Source of the DNA: Octopus sinensis
Taxonomy: Eukaryota
Reading direction: 5' to 3'
Length of the DNA stretch: 64,000 nt
Assembly (NCBI RefSeq): GCF_006345805.1
Contig: NC_043001.1
Coordinates: 117,428,001 to 117,492,000, forward strand
Every line of letters starts with the position of its first letter. Position 1 is the stretch's first letter. This document shows, piece by piece, positions 12,852 to 25,544 of the stretch. Both the position numbers and the translations under genes were made by a program. A model generated the notes under the pieces. The model made no database searches. It saw nothing but the letters and a program-made list of their open reading frames with translations, and was not told the origin of the DNA.

Positions 12852-13545
12852 TATATATATATATAAATATATTGCAAATTCCCTAACCCTAATATATTTC
12901 TGACGTTCAAAACAAACGTCAGTAGACCTTTGCGAAAGGGTGTATAAGTCTAAGAGGTAGAGTTTTAAAAATCCACGCTAAATATATAACTGTCTTAGCT
13001 TCTACAATTTCCACAACTTAAGAAAAGGCAATTATTTAAGCCATGAAGAAATTTCCAAACATAGACTTGTTGCTTAGAAGTTCAATGCGAATAAAGTCAG
13101 ACTACTACTTCTAAATATGTATTTTTTGTATGTGGAGGTGAATTATCGGTTGTGTGACCTTTTATGATAATGCATGATTTAGAAACTAAATAAATATATG
13201 TCGATAGAGGTATTTAAAAATGTTATGAAACTTATTTAAAAAAACAGTCCAATACCTCAAAAGATAAAGATAAAATGCAAGTTGCTTCTTAGAAACGATG
13301 TAGCTTATCATGATTTCACACAAATCGACCAGATAGTTCAAGATTGGCAAAAGTGAAGTCCATGGCTGATGTAGTCTGATAGCCGTGAATGTGAGATATT
13401 GTCCCAATTTTACTATTTTTATCTTATCAACTTGCTGGTGATTTCTCTGAATGTTTAATTTTGTTCAAGCTAAAAGTTTTACTTACACTTTAGATTTCCG
13501 ATAAAACGTATTTCTACAAGCTTTATTTCATTATATACGTTAACT

Positions 13546-14504
13546 ATGTACATCACACTATCTCCCAGTGAGATCCGCTATACTCAAGATTCTATTGCTT
13601 CATGCTTCCAGAATGGAAACGATATAGAAGATCTTATTTTAGATATTATCAATGGTCAAACCACACCTGACAAAATTCGAACAATCAGAGTTTTCTTTAA
13701 GGATGGAAAATATTATAGTGAGGACAATAGGAGACTTTACGTATTGAAAACAGTGCAAGAGTTAAGTGAACCATACTTGATGGTTACGGTTAAATTAACT
13801 TCATATTTTGATTTTGAAGAAAATAAGTTCACTACTACGAATGACGGTTTAAGAATAAGAGTAAGAAGAAATAGGAATGATGCGAAGAAACCAAGGAATG
13901 TGAAACGCCCTCTATCTGAATCAAATTCTACAAATAAAGTACCTACTTATGAAGACTTTCCGAGCCTTACCTCTGAGGTCCTACGAAAACTACATATGCA
14001 AGTCCCAGAACTACCCCTGTAAAAGCTGCTAAAACTAAAATAACTTATGAAGACTTTCCGAGCCTTACCTCTGGAGGTCCTACGAAAACTACATATGCAA
14101 GTCCCAGAACTACCCCTGTAAAAGCTGCTAAAACTAAAATAACTTATGAAGACTTTCCGAGCCTTACCTCTGGAGGTCCTACGAAAACTACATATGCAAG
14201 TCCCAGAACTACCCCCGTAAAAGCTGCTAAAACTGAATGTAAAAGAAGTGCCGGAACTACAGATAAAACACTTATTTGTCATAGCGATATATTACCTTCA
14301 TCATGGAGCCTTACAACCGATGACGCTTCAAGTGCTACGAATGTTCCACCTTCAATTTGCATAACGCCGAGGCCAAGTGCTACGAATGTTCCACCTTCAA
14401 TTTGCATAACGCCGAGGCCAAGTGCTACGAATGTTCCACCTTCAATTTGCATAAAGTCGAAACCAAGTCGTCTAGAGAAACTATCTTGTTGTGTAATTCT
14501 TTAA
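13546..14504 (+). CDS. Uncharacterised ParB/Sulfiredoxin-like (DNRRL) domain protein with internal repeats and C-terminal CaaX (CCVIL); apparent 1-bp deletion at about 13975
   Basis: LSPSEIRYTQDSI…FQNG…IRVFFKDGKYYSEDNRRLYVLK N-terminal domain. The 99-bp repeat copies 2 and 3 read tctggaggt but copy 1 reads tctgaggt. Hand translation in the shifted frame is stop-free to TAA at 14502-14504 and ends RLEKLSCCVIL (~319 aa if restored). Confidence 0.75.
13945..14234 (+). repeat. 3 x 99-bp coding tandem repeat (TYEDFPSLTSGGPTKTTYASPRTTPVKAAKTKI)
   Basis: Units start at 13945, 14043 and 14142; the first unit is 98 bp. Confidence 0.92.
14331..14465 (+). repeat. 3 x 45-bp coding tandem repeat (SATNVPPSICITPRP)
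   Basis: Units start at 14331, 14376 and 14421. Confidence 0.92.
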
Positions 14505-14807
14505 ACAGTTACTCTGATGCTACTAACAAAAATCAATATCACTTTTAATTTTGTTAAATTCTGCCTGTTTTACGTTAGGCGAAAATGGAACTTACATTTA
14601 AATCTTCTACAATTTAATTTTTGTGAAATCCCTTCATATTTTTACGGATAATATCTGTAGATAAACTTAAAACTATCTGAAACAAAGGAAAAGGAGGTAA
14701 GTACAGAATCTGTTGTTACACCAAATGTTTGATAAAACTCGTTACAGTGTACAAAAGTAATTGAGGATTTTTTTTGTTTTTTGAAAAAGAAAAAAAGTGA
14801 GAGAATG

Positions 14808-14838
<31 letters not shown>

Positions 14839-14881
14839 AACAAAGAGAAGCGGGGAACGAGATTATGATTTTCATTAACAA

Positions 14882-15052
14882 GGCGCAAGAGTGGCTGTGT
14901 GGTAAGTAGCTTGCTTACCAACCACATGGTTCCGGGTTCAGTCCCACTGCGTGGCATCTTGGGCAAGTGTCTTCTACTATGGCCTCGGGCCGACCAAAGC
15001 CTTGTGAGTGGATTTGGTAGACGGAAACTGAAAGAAGCCTGTCGTATATATG

Positions 15053-15085
<33 letters not shown>

Positions 15086-15290
15086 TTGTGTGTCTGTGTT
15101 TGTCCCCCTAGCATTTCTTGACAACCGATGCTGGTGTGTTTACGTCCCCGTCACTTAGCGGTTCGGCAAAAGAGACGATAGAATAAGTACTGGGCTTATA
15201 CGTCCTGGGGTCGAGTTGCTCGACTAAAGGTGGTGCTCCAGCATGGCCGCAGTCAAATGACTGAAACAAGTAAAAGAATAAAGAGTAAGG
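14882..15290 (+). mobile_element. tRNA-SINE family B, near full length
   Basis: ggcgcaagagtggctgtgtggtaagtagc head through gactgaaacaagtaaaagaata tail. Confidence 0.88.
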
Positions 15291-15474
15291 TAATCTGGCC
15301 ATTTTAAATACTTTGCAGGTAAATTCGACCAAGAGAATTAAAAGCGAAATTAATCAGAGAACAAAGTTCACCCGTTAATGCCTGAATTTGTTTCCTTCCC
15401 TTTAAGATTTTCATACTAGGCCGAAAGTTGAGATTATAGTGTTGCCAATATTTAAAAAAAAAAATGTAAGTTAT

Positions 15475-15592
15475 TAAGAATCTTGCTTCCCAACAACCTG
15501 ATTCCGGGCTCAGTCTCACTGCGTGGTATTTTGAGCAAGTGTGTCTTCTACTATACCCTTGGACCGAACAAAGGCTTGCGAGTGGATTTGGT

Positions 15593-15636
<44 letters not shown>

Positions 15637-15812
15637 ACACATGTATATATTTGTGTGTTTGTTATGCTCTCCCCCCACCATCACTTGACAACCGATGTTG
15701 GTGTATCTATGTCCCCCGTAACTTAGCGGTTCGGTAAGAGAGAGCGATAGAATAAGTACTCGCACGGCTGCAGTCAAATGACAGAAAGAAGTAAATGAAA
15801 GAATAAAAGAAT
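15475..15812 (+). mobile_element. tRNA-SINE family B, older degenerate copy
   Basis: Recognisable ccgggctcagtctcactgcgtgg, acaaccgatgttggtg, cttagcggttcgg and gcagtcaaatgac blocks. Confidence 0.7.
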
Positions 15813-16788
15813 ATCTCTATAATTGCAATTGTTGCTGAAATATTAACAATTACTGTTGTGGTTCTCTTAGAAAAAGGACCGCGACTGCCAATGGGTCACT
15901 ATGTTCTGTACGTGTACTAAAACGTCGCACAAATTGAAAATTTGTCAAACTTGAGAACATATTTTTCTCTCTATCTCTCTCTCTTACTCTCTATCTCTCT
16001 TTCTCTTTCTCTTTCTCTCTCTCTCTCTCTCTGCACATACACACACACATGTGTGGATATGTTTAAAAAATTGACAATTATTATTATTATTTTTTAAAAA
16101 TTAATTTCTAGCTTCATATTCTTTCGCCGAAAGGGCATCGTTTTATATACAACTGAAAAAAAATATATCTGCATATTCGAGTGTGAAACAAAAATATCTA
16201 CATAATCATGATTTGGCAATCTTCTCATACAACACGAGTGTTTCCAGTGACCAATATTTGATGGAGAGACTTTCTCATTTGATGTCTGAATTTGTCTCTT
16301 TCTCATTTGATGTCTGAATTTGTCTCTTTCTCATTTGGTTTGGCCTAATACAAATAAACTGGATTGTGAAATCAACGCACGGTATTTTTTCCACGTTCTA
16401 TTATATTAACCTAATTTTATTTGTTATTCAATTTCCAGCAGTTTATAACTTGCAGATATAAACAGTAGTAAGAAAAAGTTGGCTGCTGGCTAACTAAAAT
16501 AATGGTGGTTTTGCGGGATTTAGAGGGAGAGTAGTCACTTAACCCGCTAGAAGTACATTACCGGCTAGGAGTAGGACATTGAATTATGTAGTACAAAACT
16601 TACATATAAGAAAGACGAGATGACTATGGTTGGATTGACTTTGGATACAAATATGTTTAGCCTAAACTGATCTGGAGATAAATAACATCAAAGTTGTTTT
16701 CTACGTTAAGATCGGGATCCTAATAATGAATGGAAAATGGAATATACATAATACAAACTTGCATATATATATATATGTCTGTGTGTGT

Positions 16789-16839
<51 letters not shown>

Positions 16840-16876
16840 TGTTCCCTCTGTGTTTAGCCCCTTATGGGTAGTAAAG

Positions 16877-16910
<34 letters not shown>

Positions 16911-16978
16911 ATAGAAATGGTAAGAGAACATAACAATGAAAGAGGCCTCGATATTATGTAAATAGAGGAATTTATCTG

Positions 16979-17014
<36 letters not shown>

Positions 17015-17597
17015 TGTATATACAAAATATATACATGGTATACAGGCATCCATAAGTGCAAGTGCACTTGCATACCTATATGCATACTAACATATACACT
17101 GTATGGCGGGTAATCTTACGGTATTAGTAGATGATGTCATTCACCCATGCAACGTTCCCGCATGACATAGATGAAAAGGCTAGACTGAAAAATTAATTTA
17201 ATGGCGTCGTCTGCTCATACGGAAAGATTTAAAACTTAGCTGGGAATAACTATGCCGTGAGGTAGAAAGAAGATTAGTGATGAAGTAATGTAGGTTCGAT
17301 CTTATTTCGTTACTTTCGTAACCTTATCATCGCACTTACTGAAGTACTAATGGCTGAATCACTAAACATATATTTACAAGTTTGTACGAACTGTAGCGAA
17401 GAAACACAGAATTATATAAAGAATAAACCGACTCGGATAAGCCAACCGTATAAAAAGCAATAGTTAAGTTAATGTTAAATCTAATGCAGAGAATATTTAA
17501 AACTCAACTACTTATATATAAATATATATATATAAATATATAAATATATATAAATATATATATAAATATATATATATATATAAATATATATAATATA

Positions 17598-17647
<50 letters not shown>

Positions 17648-17660
17648 ATATTATATATAT

Positions 17661-17712
<52 letters not shown>

Positions 17713-17715
17713 ACA

Positions 17716-18049
17716 CAACAATTGCAGCGTGGAAGGTGTTTGTAAGCCATTTAAGAAACACACAAAAGCCGTTCGATTCACTTCAACATTTAAATTTAAT
17801 TTGTCAAAATATTTTCGTCGCTAAAATCTGCGACCTGTTCACTGACAAAAATCCGTGCTGCATCTCGGATGCAGCACGGATCTTTGTTAGTGACGAAAAT
17901 ATTTTGACAAATTAAACTTAAATGTTGAAGTGAATCGAACGGCTTTTGTGTGTTTCTTAAATGGCTTACAAACACCTTCCACGCTGCAATTGTTTTCGTT
18001 TCAGCACACGATCTCAGATAAAATTACTTGCTATGCGAGTACATCTCCG

Positions 18050-18050
<1 letters not shown>
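17716..18050. repeat. Foldback (palindromic) repeat, copy A
   Basis: acaattgcagcgtggaagg…gtgctgcatc / gatgcagcacgg…ccttccacgctgcaattgt; arms of ~130-150 bp centred at about 17866. Same family at 29820-30140. Confidence 0.9.
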
Positions 18051-18089
<39 letters not shown>

Positions 18090-18092
<3 letters not shown>

Positions 18093-18365
18093 AAAAAGAC
18101 AGAAAGAAGAATGCAGTCAGTGGTTAATGTTATTTTCAATTTGCTATCAGACATAACTCTACACGTTTTGGCCTTAATTTGACCTGATCAGTGGAGTAAT
18201 AGGCATGAATTAAAAGTGTCAACACGACCATAATTGTTGATAATGCTTTGTATGAGAATGGCGTCTCTGAATTGGTCTCAATGCAACATATGACGAGGTT
18301 AAATTTGAGAGCCACTCGCATCATCGGTTTTCTTGCCGCCAACTCGTTTCTTTTCCAGCGTTGGA
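18090..18365. repeat. Dispersed repeat of unknown class; second copy at about 24000-24250
   Basis: gtcagtggttaatgttattttcaatt…aggcatgaattaaaa…ggttaaatttga.a.ccactcgcatcat shared by both copies. Confidence 0.7.
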
Positions 18366-18832
18366 TTTAGGTAGGCCAGTGATGGTAGACACACAGACGC
18401 ACGCACGCACATTCACACACGCACGCACGCACGCACGCACATTCACACACACACGCACACACACACACACACACACACTTTATATATGTGTGTGTGTGTG
18501 TGTTCTTCTTCGCTTCCTCCTTCCTCGGCTACTACTGCTGCTTAAACAATCAAAACCAAGAACACATCAAATATTCTTTTAGGACTGCTACTACCTGCTA
18601 CCAAGCCTTCACAAGAGTAAAAAAGAGACAGACAGACAGACAGAAAAAAGGAAAATGTCCCTTGCATTTGAAAGCTATTGAATTATTTTAAAAGAACATT
18701 TCATTTAATTTTTCCACAATTTGTTTCTCATGCTTTACTCTAAGTTGAAAAAGTCGCAAAGTCTGAAACCGGTACTAAAATGTTCTTGATGATAAAATTA
18801 TTTTAGCATTTTCTACCTTCTTGTCTTATTTT

Positions 18833-18879
<47 letters not shown>

Positions 18880-19007
18880 ATTGAGGTAATCAGATCAGAT
18901 GGTTCATATTTGTAGATATTTATTTATATATTACATTTTTTACATATATATCATATCATATCATTCGGATTTCGGATTAGCGCTTGCTCCCATTCTAGTG
19001 GGCTTTT

Positions 19008-19042
<35 letters not shown>

Positions 19043-19823
19043 TATATATATATGTGTGTGTGTGTAATAATTAAAAATATATGCATACATACAAACATAT
19101 ATGTACGTACCTACATCTACATGTATATATACATGCATATATAAATAAATATACGTAAGTATAGGACGCCACAACAAGACGTAGAAACGGGAAAAACAAA
19201 AATTTAACGACAAGTACAGGACAGGCTACACAAGAAAAAATCCAAAAATTTTTTACAACAAGAAAACAAGTACAGGACAAGCTACACAAGGAAAATCCAC
19301 CGTCATCAGCTGTCGCTAGTTAACTCAGGCGTGTTTCGAAGGCAAGACATGACACTCGTTAACTAGGCCTTCCTGCGAGAGAATTAAAATAAAATTCCAA
19401 GCAGCGGGGTAAAACGGGTAAGAACACAAACAGGATGTGTATATATATATATATGATAATGAATAAATAAATGGGATAATTATCCCCTTATACGGCACAA
19501 CGCATTAGTGCTCTAATAGAACCTCAGGAATATCAAACCACGAAAGAGAGAACAAATTTCAAAGGTCAGTGTTCATATTCACTAAATATATTTCAAAGCA
19601 TCGGAATACTCCACAGCATACATAAATGCATTCATATACACTAGATATAAAAATTTAGTAATATATAAATATATGAATGTATAAATGTACCTGCGAGGTT
19701 GTATGTCCTATTCAAATCAATGAGGCTATTAACATATGCGGATGGTGAATGTATAACGGTAATCCAAACAGATGAGAAAGTTGGTATAAAAGGATTTTAA
19801 AAGGAATCTTGAGCAGGTGCAAA

Positions 19824-19910
19824 GTCTGACGGCCGTTTCGAGAAGATATAGGTTGGTATGGGCGAGTTAATTCCAACCATAACTATCAACTATTTTTCTC
19901 TCATCAGAGT
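19824..19910 (-). ncRNA. Type-I hammerhead ribozyme motif with long stem II (degenerate stem I)
   Basis: Minus strand: CTGATGA-GAGAA…TTCTC-GAAA-CGGCCG-TC; stem III ACGGCCGT is palindromic; GUC site. Confidence 0.5.
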
Positions 19911-20059
19911 TAACCTAAAAGATATATAAAAGAGTTATTTAAATCTTAAAGTTTTAAGCGACATGAGAAATTTAAGAATTTTTAAAAATCGATCGCGGTA
20001 TCGAAACATACTGTTCAGATTTTTTATTACCCTCCAGGGTAATAATTTTATCCTCCAAG

Positions 20060-20640
20060 CCGACGACTGTTGCTGCCACTAGCCAGGTACTTCGGTAACT
20101 CTTAGTTTCGACGTTCTTCTCCCCAAGTACGTGAGGAGAAGAACCACTTCTTCCGTCTTTAAAGTATTAGTCGAATACTGCACGGCTTTCTCTTCACTGT
20201 GGAATCTCATCTCAATGGCAGCAAACTTCTTCGCTCGTGTTATATAAATTATGTGAGACAAAATTGGTCTAAGACATTTTTCCACCGCCTCTCTCGACGC
20301 CAAGTCAAGTTTCTTATTTATTACGGTAAACGTGTTGTTGATGACCCTTGTGAGAGATTTCGCTTGGAGGAGCTATTTGAACTTCCAGCTCCTCCTTTTT
20401 TAGCATCCCCTTAGACTTCATTATTTCATTTAAATTGGTATTAAGATTTCTTTTAGTTATTCCTACTGCTGCAGCAAAATTAAGTTTTGTTGCAGTCGGA
20501 GACTGCACAGGTGTCACCGGAGACGTTACTAAGACTGGTATATCTACTGCTTCCTTATTTCCAGACTCAAATGAGTCGCTCATTTTTCAAAGGATTTGGG
20601 CTGATGCCCCACAAAATTACGGCTAAGCGCCGCGTACATT
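20060..20640 (-). pseudogene. LINE ORF1 (gag-like) N-terminal fragment
   Basis: KLNFAAAVG…; KTEEVVLLLTYLGRRTSKLRV is homologous to KTEELIRLPIYLGRRASSV in the next fragment. Confidence 0.55.
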
Positions 20641-21049
20641 TGGGCCAACGCTCTGCAGAAAAACAATGATTCACCCTTCAAATAAGGGGAAATTATAAGA
20701 AAAGAACTGCTACAAGTAGTTACACCAGTTTTTTTTCAACAACACGAAATGTAACAAGTTCGGTAACAGGTTCAATAATACACCAAGCAAACAGCAAAAA
20801 TTACAACCGAACTTCAGAATGATCGAAATGTCGGAACATACTGTTGAGGCGGAAGATATTAATGTTTTATTACTCACAAGCGGTCAGATAAAGAGGGGGA
20901 CAAGCAAAGACCAGTAGGAGAGTACAAAGTAGGGACACAAAAAACAAAAACGGGTGAGAGGATGAACGAAATAATTAAAATGAATAATGAAATTGAGTCG
21001 CTCCTCCCCACATCCGGGTGACTCAATTTATCTTTGTTTTACTTTTTGA

Positions 21050-22140
21050 AACCTTCAAAAATGTCTGTTTTAAAATCGTTTATGAGATCTTTGTAACTTA
21101 CCACCGTTGGCATACCCTCGCTGTCCATTCCTCTCTGCCAGTACATCACGTCGTTTCCATACTCCTTCAGTCCCACAGTGTGAATAGTGCCCTGTGAGCA
21201 CCTCCTGAAAACCTGTAGTGAACACTGATATACGTTTCGTCCAGCTATACACCCTTTTTCAAAGTTTGACCTTGTGTTGATTGCAGAGTACTATGCTCTT
21301 TTTATTTCACAGACTGAGGACTGGGAAATTTGGGGCTTCTGTATATTTGTAATCGTTTTGTTAATGTCAGGTAGGGGTAGGACGTAGTTTGGTGTCTTCA
21401 AGAAAAGGGTGGAACGAAGTAGTTTGGGTGGCAGTTGGGTAGGTGTGTACAGTGTGTACTTTTTCCTCCTTTTTCTGTTTCTTGTTGTCGTTTCACATTC
21501 GTCTCTGTGTTTCCTCCTTTTTCTGTGCTTCTGTTGCTCTTCGCCGTTGGTGGAGGTGCGGTTTTTTTTCAGACACTGGCGCTTCTCGGGGATTTTTGAG
21601 CAGCGGAGGGCATTCTACCCTAATGTGGCCTATTTGGCCATATTTGTAGCAGCGAGGAGTTCTTCTCTTCACTCTGGCCCTGAGCGTTATCTCATCTGCC
21701 ATAATTGTTTCCATTATTTCCTCGAGGTCTTCCGGGGCTGCCTGAACCGCCATATTCACGACCTGCCCCTGCCTATTTTAGTGGGCAGTGCTAGTGGCTT
21801 GGAGGACCGCTATTTTATCCTCCAAACCCAGCAGTATTGCTGCCACCAGCCAGTCTACATTAATTTCTGGTAATGTATTGTCTACCCATACACTGGAAGC
21901 ACGCCTTCCAAGGTATATGGGTAGACGAATTAGCTCCTCAGTTTTCAGGAAGGCGCAGTTTCCGAGAGTCGCCTGGCTGTGGCTTCGTCTCAGAGCCGCA
22001 CCTCCACCATTCCAAACTTTCTTTCTCCTACTGGCTAGGTGTGTAGTTTATGGCCAGATAGGTTTTAATCCCTTTTCGATTTGCCCATTTGTTATTGTCT
22101 CTATTCTCTGTGCATTCACCGAATACGTTCTGTAGCTGAT
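21050..22140 (-). pseudogene. LINE ORF1 fragment with degenerate zinc knuckle (L1/Tx1-like)
   Basis: RRTPRCYKYGQIGHIRVEC (CCHC knuckle with C>Y), preceded by the YLGRR region; stops present. Confidence 0.65.
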
Positions 22141-22181
22141 TATTCTTCTCTTTGCCTCTTGTAATACTTCTTAAAGAGGTG

Positions 22182-22413
22182 ATACCTATTTCTTTATTAC
22201 CCACAAGGGGCTAAACACAGAGGGGACAAACAAGGACAGACATAGGTATTAAGTCGATTACATCAACCCCAGTGCGTAACTGGTACTTGATTTATCGACC
22301 CCGAAAGGATGAAAGGCAAAGTCGACCTCGGCGGAATTTGAACTCACAACGTAACGAAGACGAAATACCGCTAAGCATTTCGCCCGGCGTGCTAACCTTT
22401 CTGCCAGCTCGCC
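22182..22413 (-). mobile_element. tRNA-SINE family A
   Basis: Reverse complement of the 1541 element, including the tail tttagccccttgtgggtaataaagaaataggtat. Confidence 0.85.
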
Positions 22414-23159
22414 GTTTCGTCATTCCCCTCCCTGCGAGGCATATACTCGTAGTTTTCTATCTCGTCCATATTGACTTCCTCATTGTGGCTTTTGGCCACA
22501 ACCGCATAATTCCTTCTTTGTCCATTTCATCAAGCGCTTGGAGTTACTCGTATTTGGACGAACTCAACGTTTCGTATTCCATCATCTTCTTTAGTGTGTT
22601 ACCCCCTTCAACTAAGGGGGGAACACGTCGACAAAAGTGCCGTAAGGAAACAAAAACAGGCGCTAAACAATGAAGCAACAATAATAATCACTTTTCAGTA
22701 AAACGTGACTAGCCTTTGGTATGTTCAGGTGGATAATATGATAAGAGCTAAAATTACATGTTTAAATCAATTATGAAGCCATAAATCATAGTGTTTTAAG
22801 GTGAATCCAAATAGATAAAGGTTAACAATGTTAAAATCATAAAAACTAATTGCTTTTGGAAAGAAAATTTTAAAGTTGATAAATATTTGTGTCTAGAAAG
22901 AATTATGACGTCCGAGATATTGTTAAGTACAGTTTTTTTTTGTCAGCACGGAGTCGCTTCTTTTGTGCATAATTTACAGTTTCTAGAGTCTGTATTGTAT
23001 GGTGTGGTTTCCGTTATAATAGACCAATCTAGACTGAATTCTTTATTGCGCATTTTTAATTTATTAATGTGGGTAACTAGTGCAGTTGAATTTTTTGTTT
23101 CTTGATTAATAATTGAGTACGATAATTTCTCTCCCCAGCAAAAATTCTCTTGACATTTC

Positions 23160-23210
<51 letters not shown>

Positions 23211-23590
23211 TCGTTCTATCTTTCTTTCTTTCTTTATTTGTTTATTCATTTATTTATTTATTTCACCGCTGTTTATTTCCCAAATTTTACAACCATTATT
23301 AATCCAATGAACTTCTGAACTTTCAACGTAAGACCAAGTTTTTATATTTAGGTCAAACCAATTTTCTACTGAAATTGTTAGTTTCCTTCCCACTAGTTTC
23401 AAAGTTATTCAAGATATGCAGTGACAGACGAGAGTAGTATATCGGAATTTAAGGACTGCTATAATACCGTGTTCGATATAATCCACTGCATTTCACCCTA
23501 ACAATTTCTGATATTTCTAGTTCCAGCCTTCAAATTTCTAAGTTTAAATAACGCTGAATCAACTGATTTTTCTTTAAAAGTAGATTTAAT

Positions 23591-24761
23591 GTAGATTTAT
23601 CCCGCTCGTGACATATCTTTCGCAATGACCACCCGTGTTACTTCCGTTCTGGCACTTATGGATTCTTCTCTCTTTTACTCATTACTTATAGTGTGTATAC
23701 CATCCGAGGTCCTATATTAACCATTGTATATGTTAGCGAGAGGGGAGCAGAGATAATATCCAAAGTATTTGCTGTTCCACCTTGATTAATGAACCTGATA
23801 TAATTGATGCTCATCTGAAATATTTGCAAAGTCCAGCGTAAAGTCTGGGAAAGGATAGAGAATAACCGAGATTATAAGAAAGTAAAATGCGTGGTTATGA
23901 AAAGTGAGGGCCTTCAGTTAGATCATTGAGGAAATGAAAGGCGGTTGAGTATTGACAGAAACGGTTTTGTGTTGAGTATTAACATAGAAATAAAAAGAGA
24001 GAAGGATGTAGTCAGTGGTTAATGTTATTTTCAATTTTCTATCAGTGACAACTCTACACATTTTGGCCTTAGTTTGACCTCATCAGTGGCGCGATAGGCA
24101 TGAATTAAAAATCTCAACACGACCTTAACTGTTGTATGAGGATGGCTTCGCTGAGTTAATTTCAATTCAAAATATAACTAGGTTAAATTTGAAAACCACT
24201 CGCATCATGTGGCCTTCTTGCCCCAACTCATTTCTCTTTGAGTGTTGGTTTTAAAACAGCAAATCTGCGGCTAGATCATTTTACTTTTATTTATGTAGTC
24301 TGAATGGAGGGGCTTCTATCCAGTGACGTTTTAAGACATGGGTACACTCTGCAGCTGCCCAGGGACCTTACCTGTCAATGGCCAAATTCGGATCTATCTA
24401 TGGCGAGCTTTACTGTCAACAAATAGATACTATTGGGCTCTGCATTAATTTGCCCAGGGGCGTATAATACTGTTAAGACGGCCCTGGCTGTACCCATAAC
24501 CACATCCAGCCCTCATGTTATACTGATATTATTAACATTCCTCTTGAACAGTTGCTGCTGAAGGGAAAGCATATGCGACAAAAGTGTTCCAGAAAGCCGA
24601 CGTTCTGTGAAGGAAGGATTAGGCGCAATGGTTAATGTAGGACCTGGGATGGTATACACACTATAAGTAATGAGTGAAAGAGAGAAGAATCCATAAGTGC
24701 CAGAACGGAAGTAACACGGGTGGTCATTGCGAAAGATATGTCACGAGCGGGATAAATCTAC
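23591..24761. mobile_element. ~1.17-kb element with 136-bp near-perfect terminal inverted repeats
   Basis: 23591-23726 versus the reverse complement of 24626-24761, about 3 mismatches. No coding capacity or TSD recognised. Confidence 0.75.
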
Positions 24762-25068
24762 TTCTTCCTTGTTCCTGTTCCAAGTCTTCATTATGTGGAA
24801 TGTGTCTCGGACGTGGGGAGTTCTTATTTCTCTTATAGTTCTGTCCGAAAGACTTATTCACGAAGACCTTACGTCTGAGACATGGAGGGTTCTTGGGGTG
24901 AGATGGGTTTTTGTATCTTTGAGTTGGAGTGTTTTGTCTTGTGGTGAAGGATGATTTCATTCAGATATCCCATGCTCTGGAAGAAGAACCGTGGTCACTA
25001 AGACATCAATTTTTCCTTTTTTTTTTTAGGGATATTGTGCACAGTAGAAAATTAATTGCACAGGCAAA

Positions 25069-25125
<57 letters not shown>

Positions 25126-25127
<2 letters not shown>

Positions 25128-25533
25128 CGCAGGAGTGGCTGTGTGGTAAGTAGCTTGCTTACCAACCACATGGTTCCGGGTTCAGTCCCACTGCGTGGCA
25201 CCTTGGGCAAGTGTCTTCTACTATAGCCTCGGGCCGGCCAAAGCCTTGTGAGTGGATTTGGTAGACGGAAACTGAAAGAAGCTCGTCGTATATATGTATA
25301 TATATTATGTGCGTGTGAGTTTGTGTGTCTGTGTTTGTGCCCCTAGCATTGCTTGACAACCGATGCTGGTGTGTTTACGTCCCCGTCACTTAGCGGTTCG
25401 GCAAAAGAGACCGATAGAATAAGTACTGGGCTTACAAAGAATAAGTCCCGGGGTCGAGTTGCTCGATTAAAGGTGGTGCTCCATCATGGCCGCAGTCAAA
25501 TGACTGAAACAAGTAAAAGAGTAAAAAGAGTAA
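25126..25533 (+). mobile_element. tRNA-SINE family B, full length
   Basis: ggcgcaggagtggctgtgtggtaag…gtaaaagagtaaaaagagta; follows a (TA)n tract. Confidence 0.9.
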
Positions 25534-25544
25534 ATATATATAAG

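Noticed and set aside
13546-14022. 158-aa ORF as a complete protein
   Set aside because: Its end is better explained by a 1-bp deletion in repeat copy 1; the longer frame ends in a CaaX box.
13945-14465. Possible CRISPR-like or non-coding repeat array
   Set aside because: No spacers; unit lengths are multiples of 3 and in an open frame; eukaryotic context.
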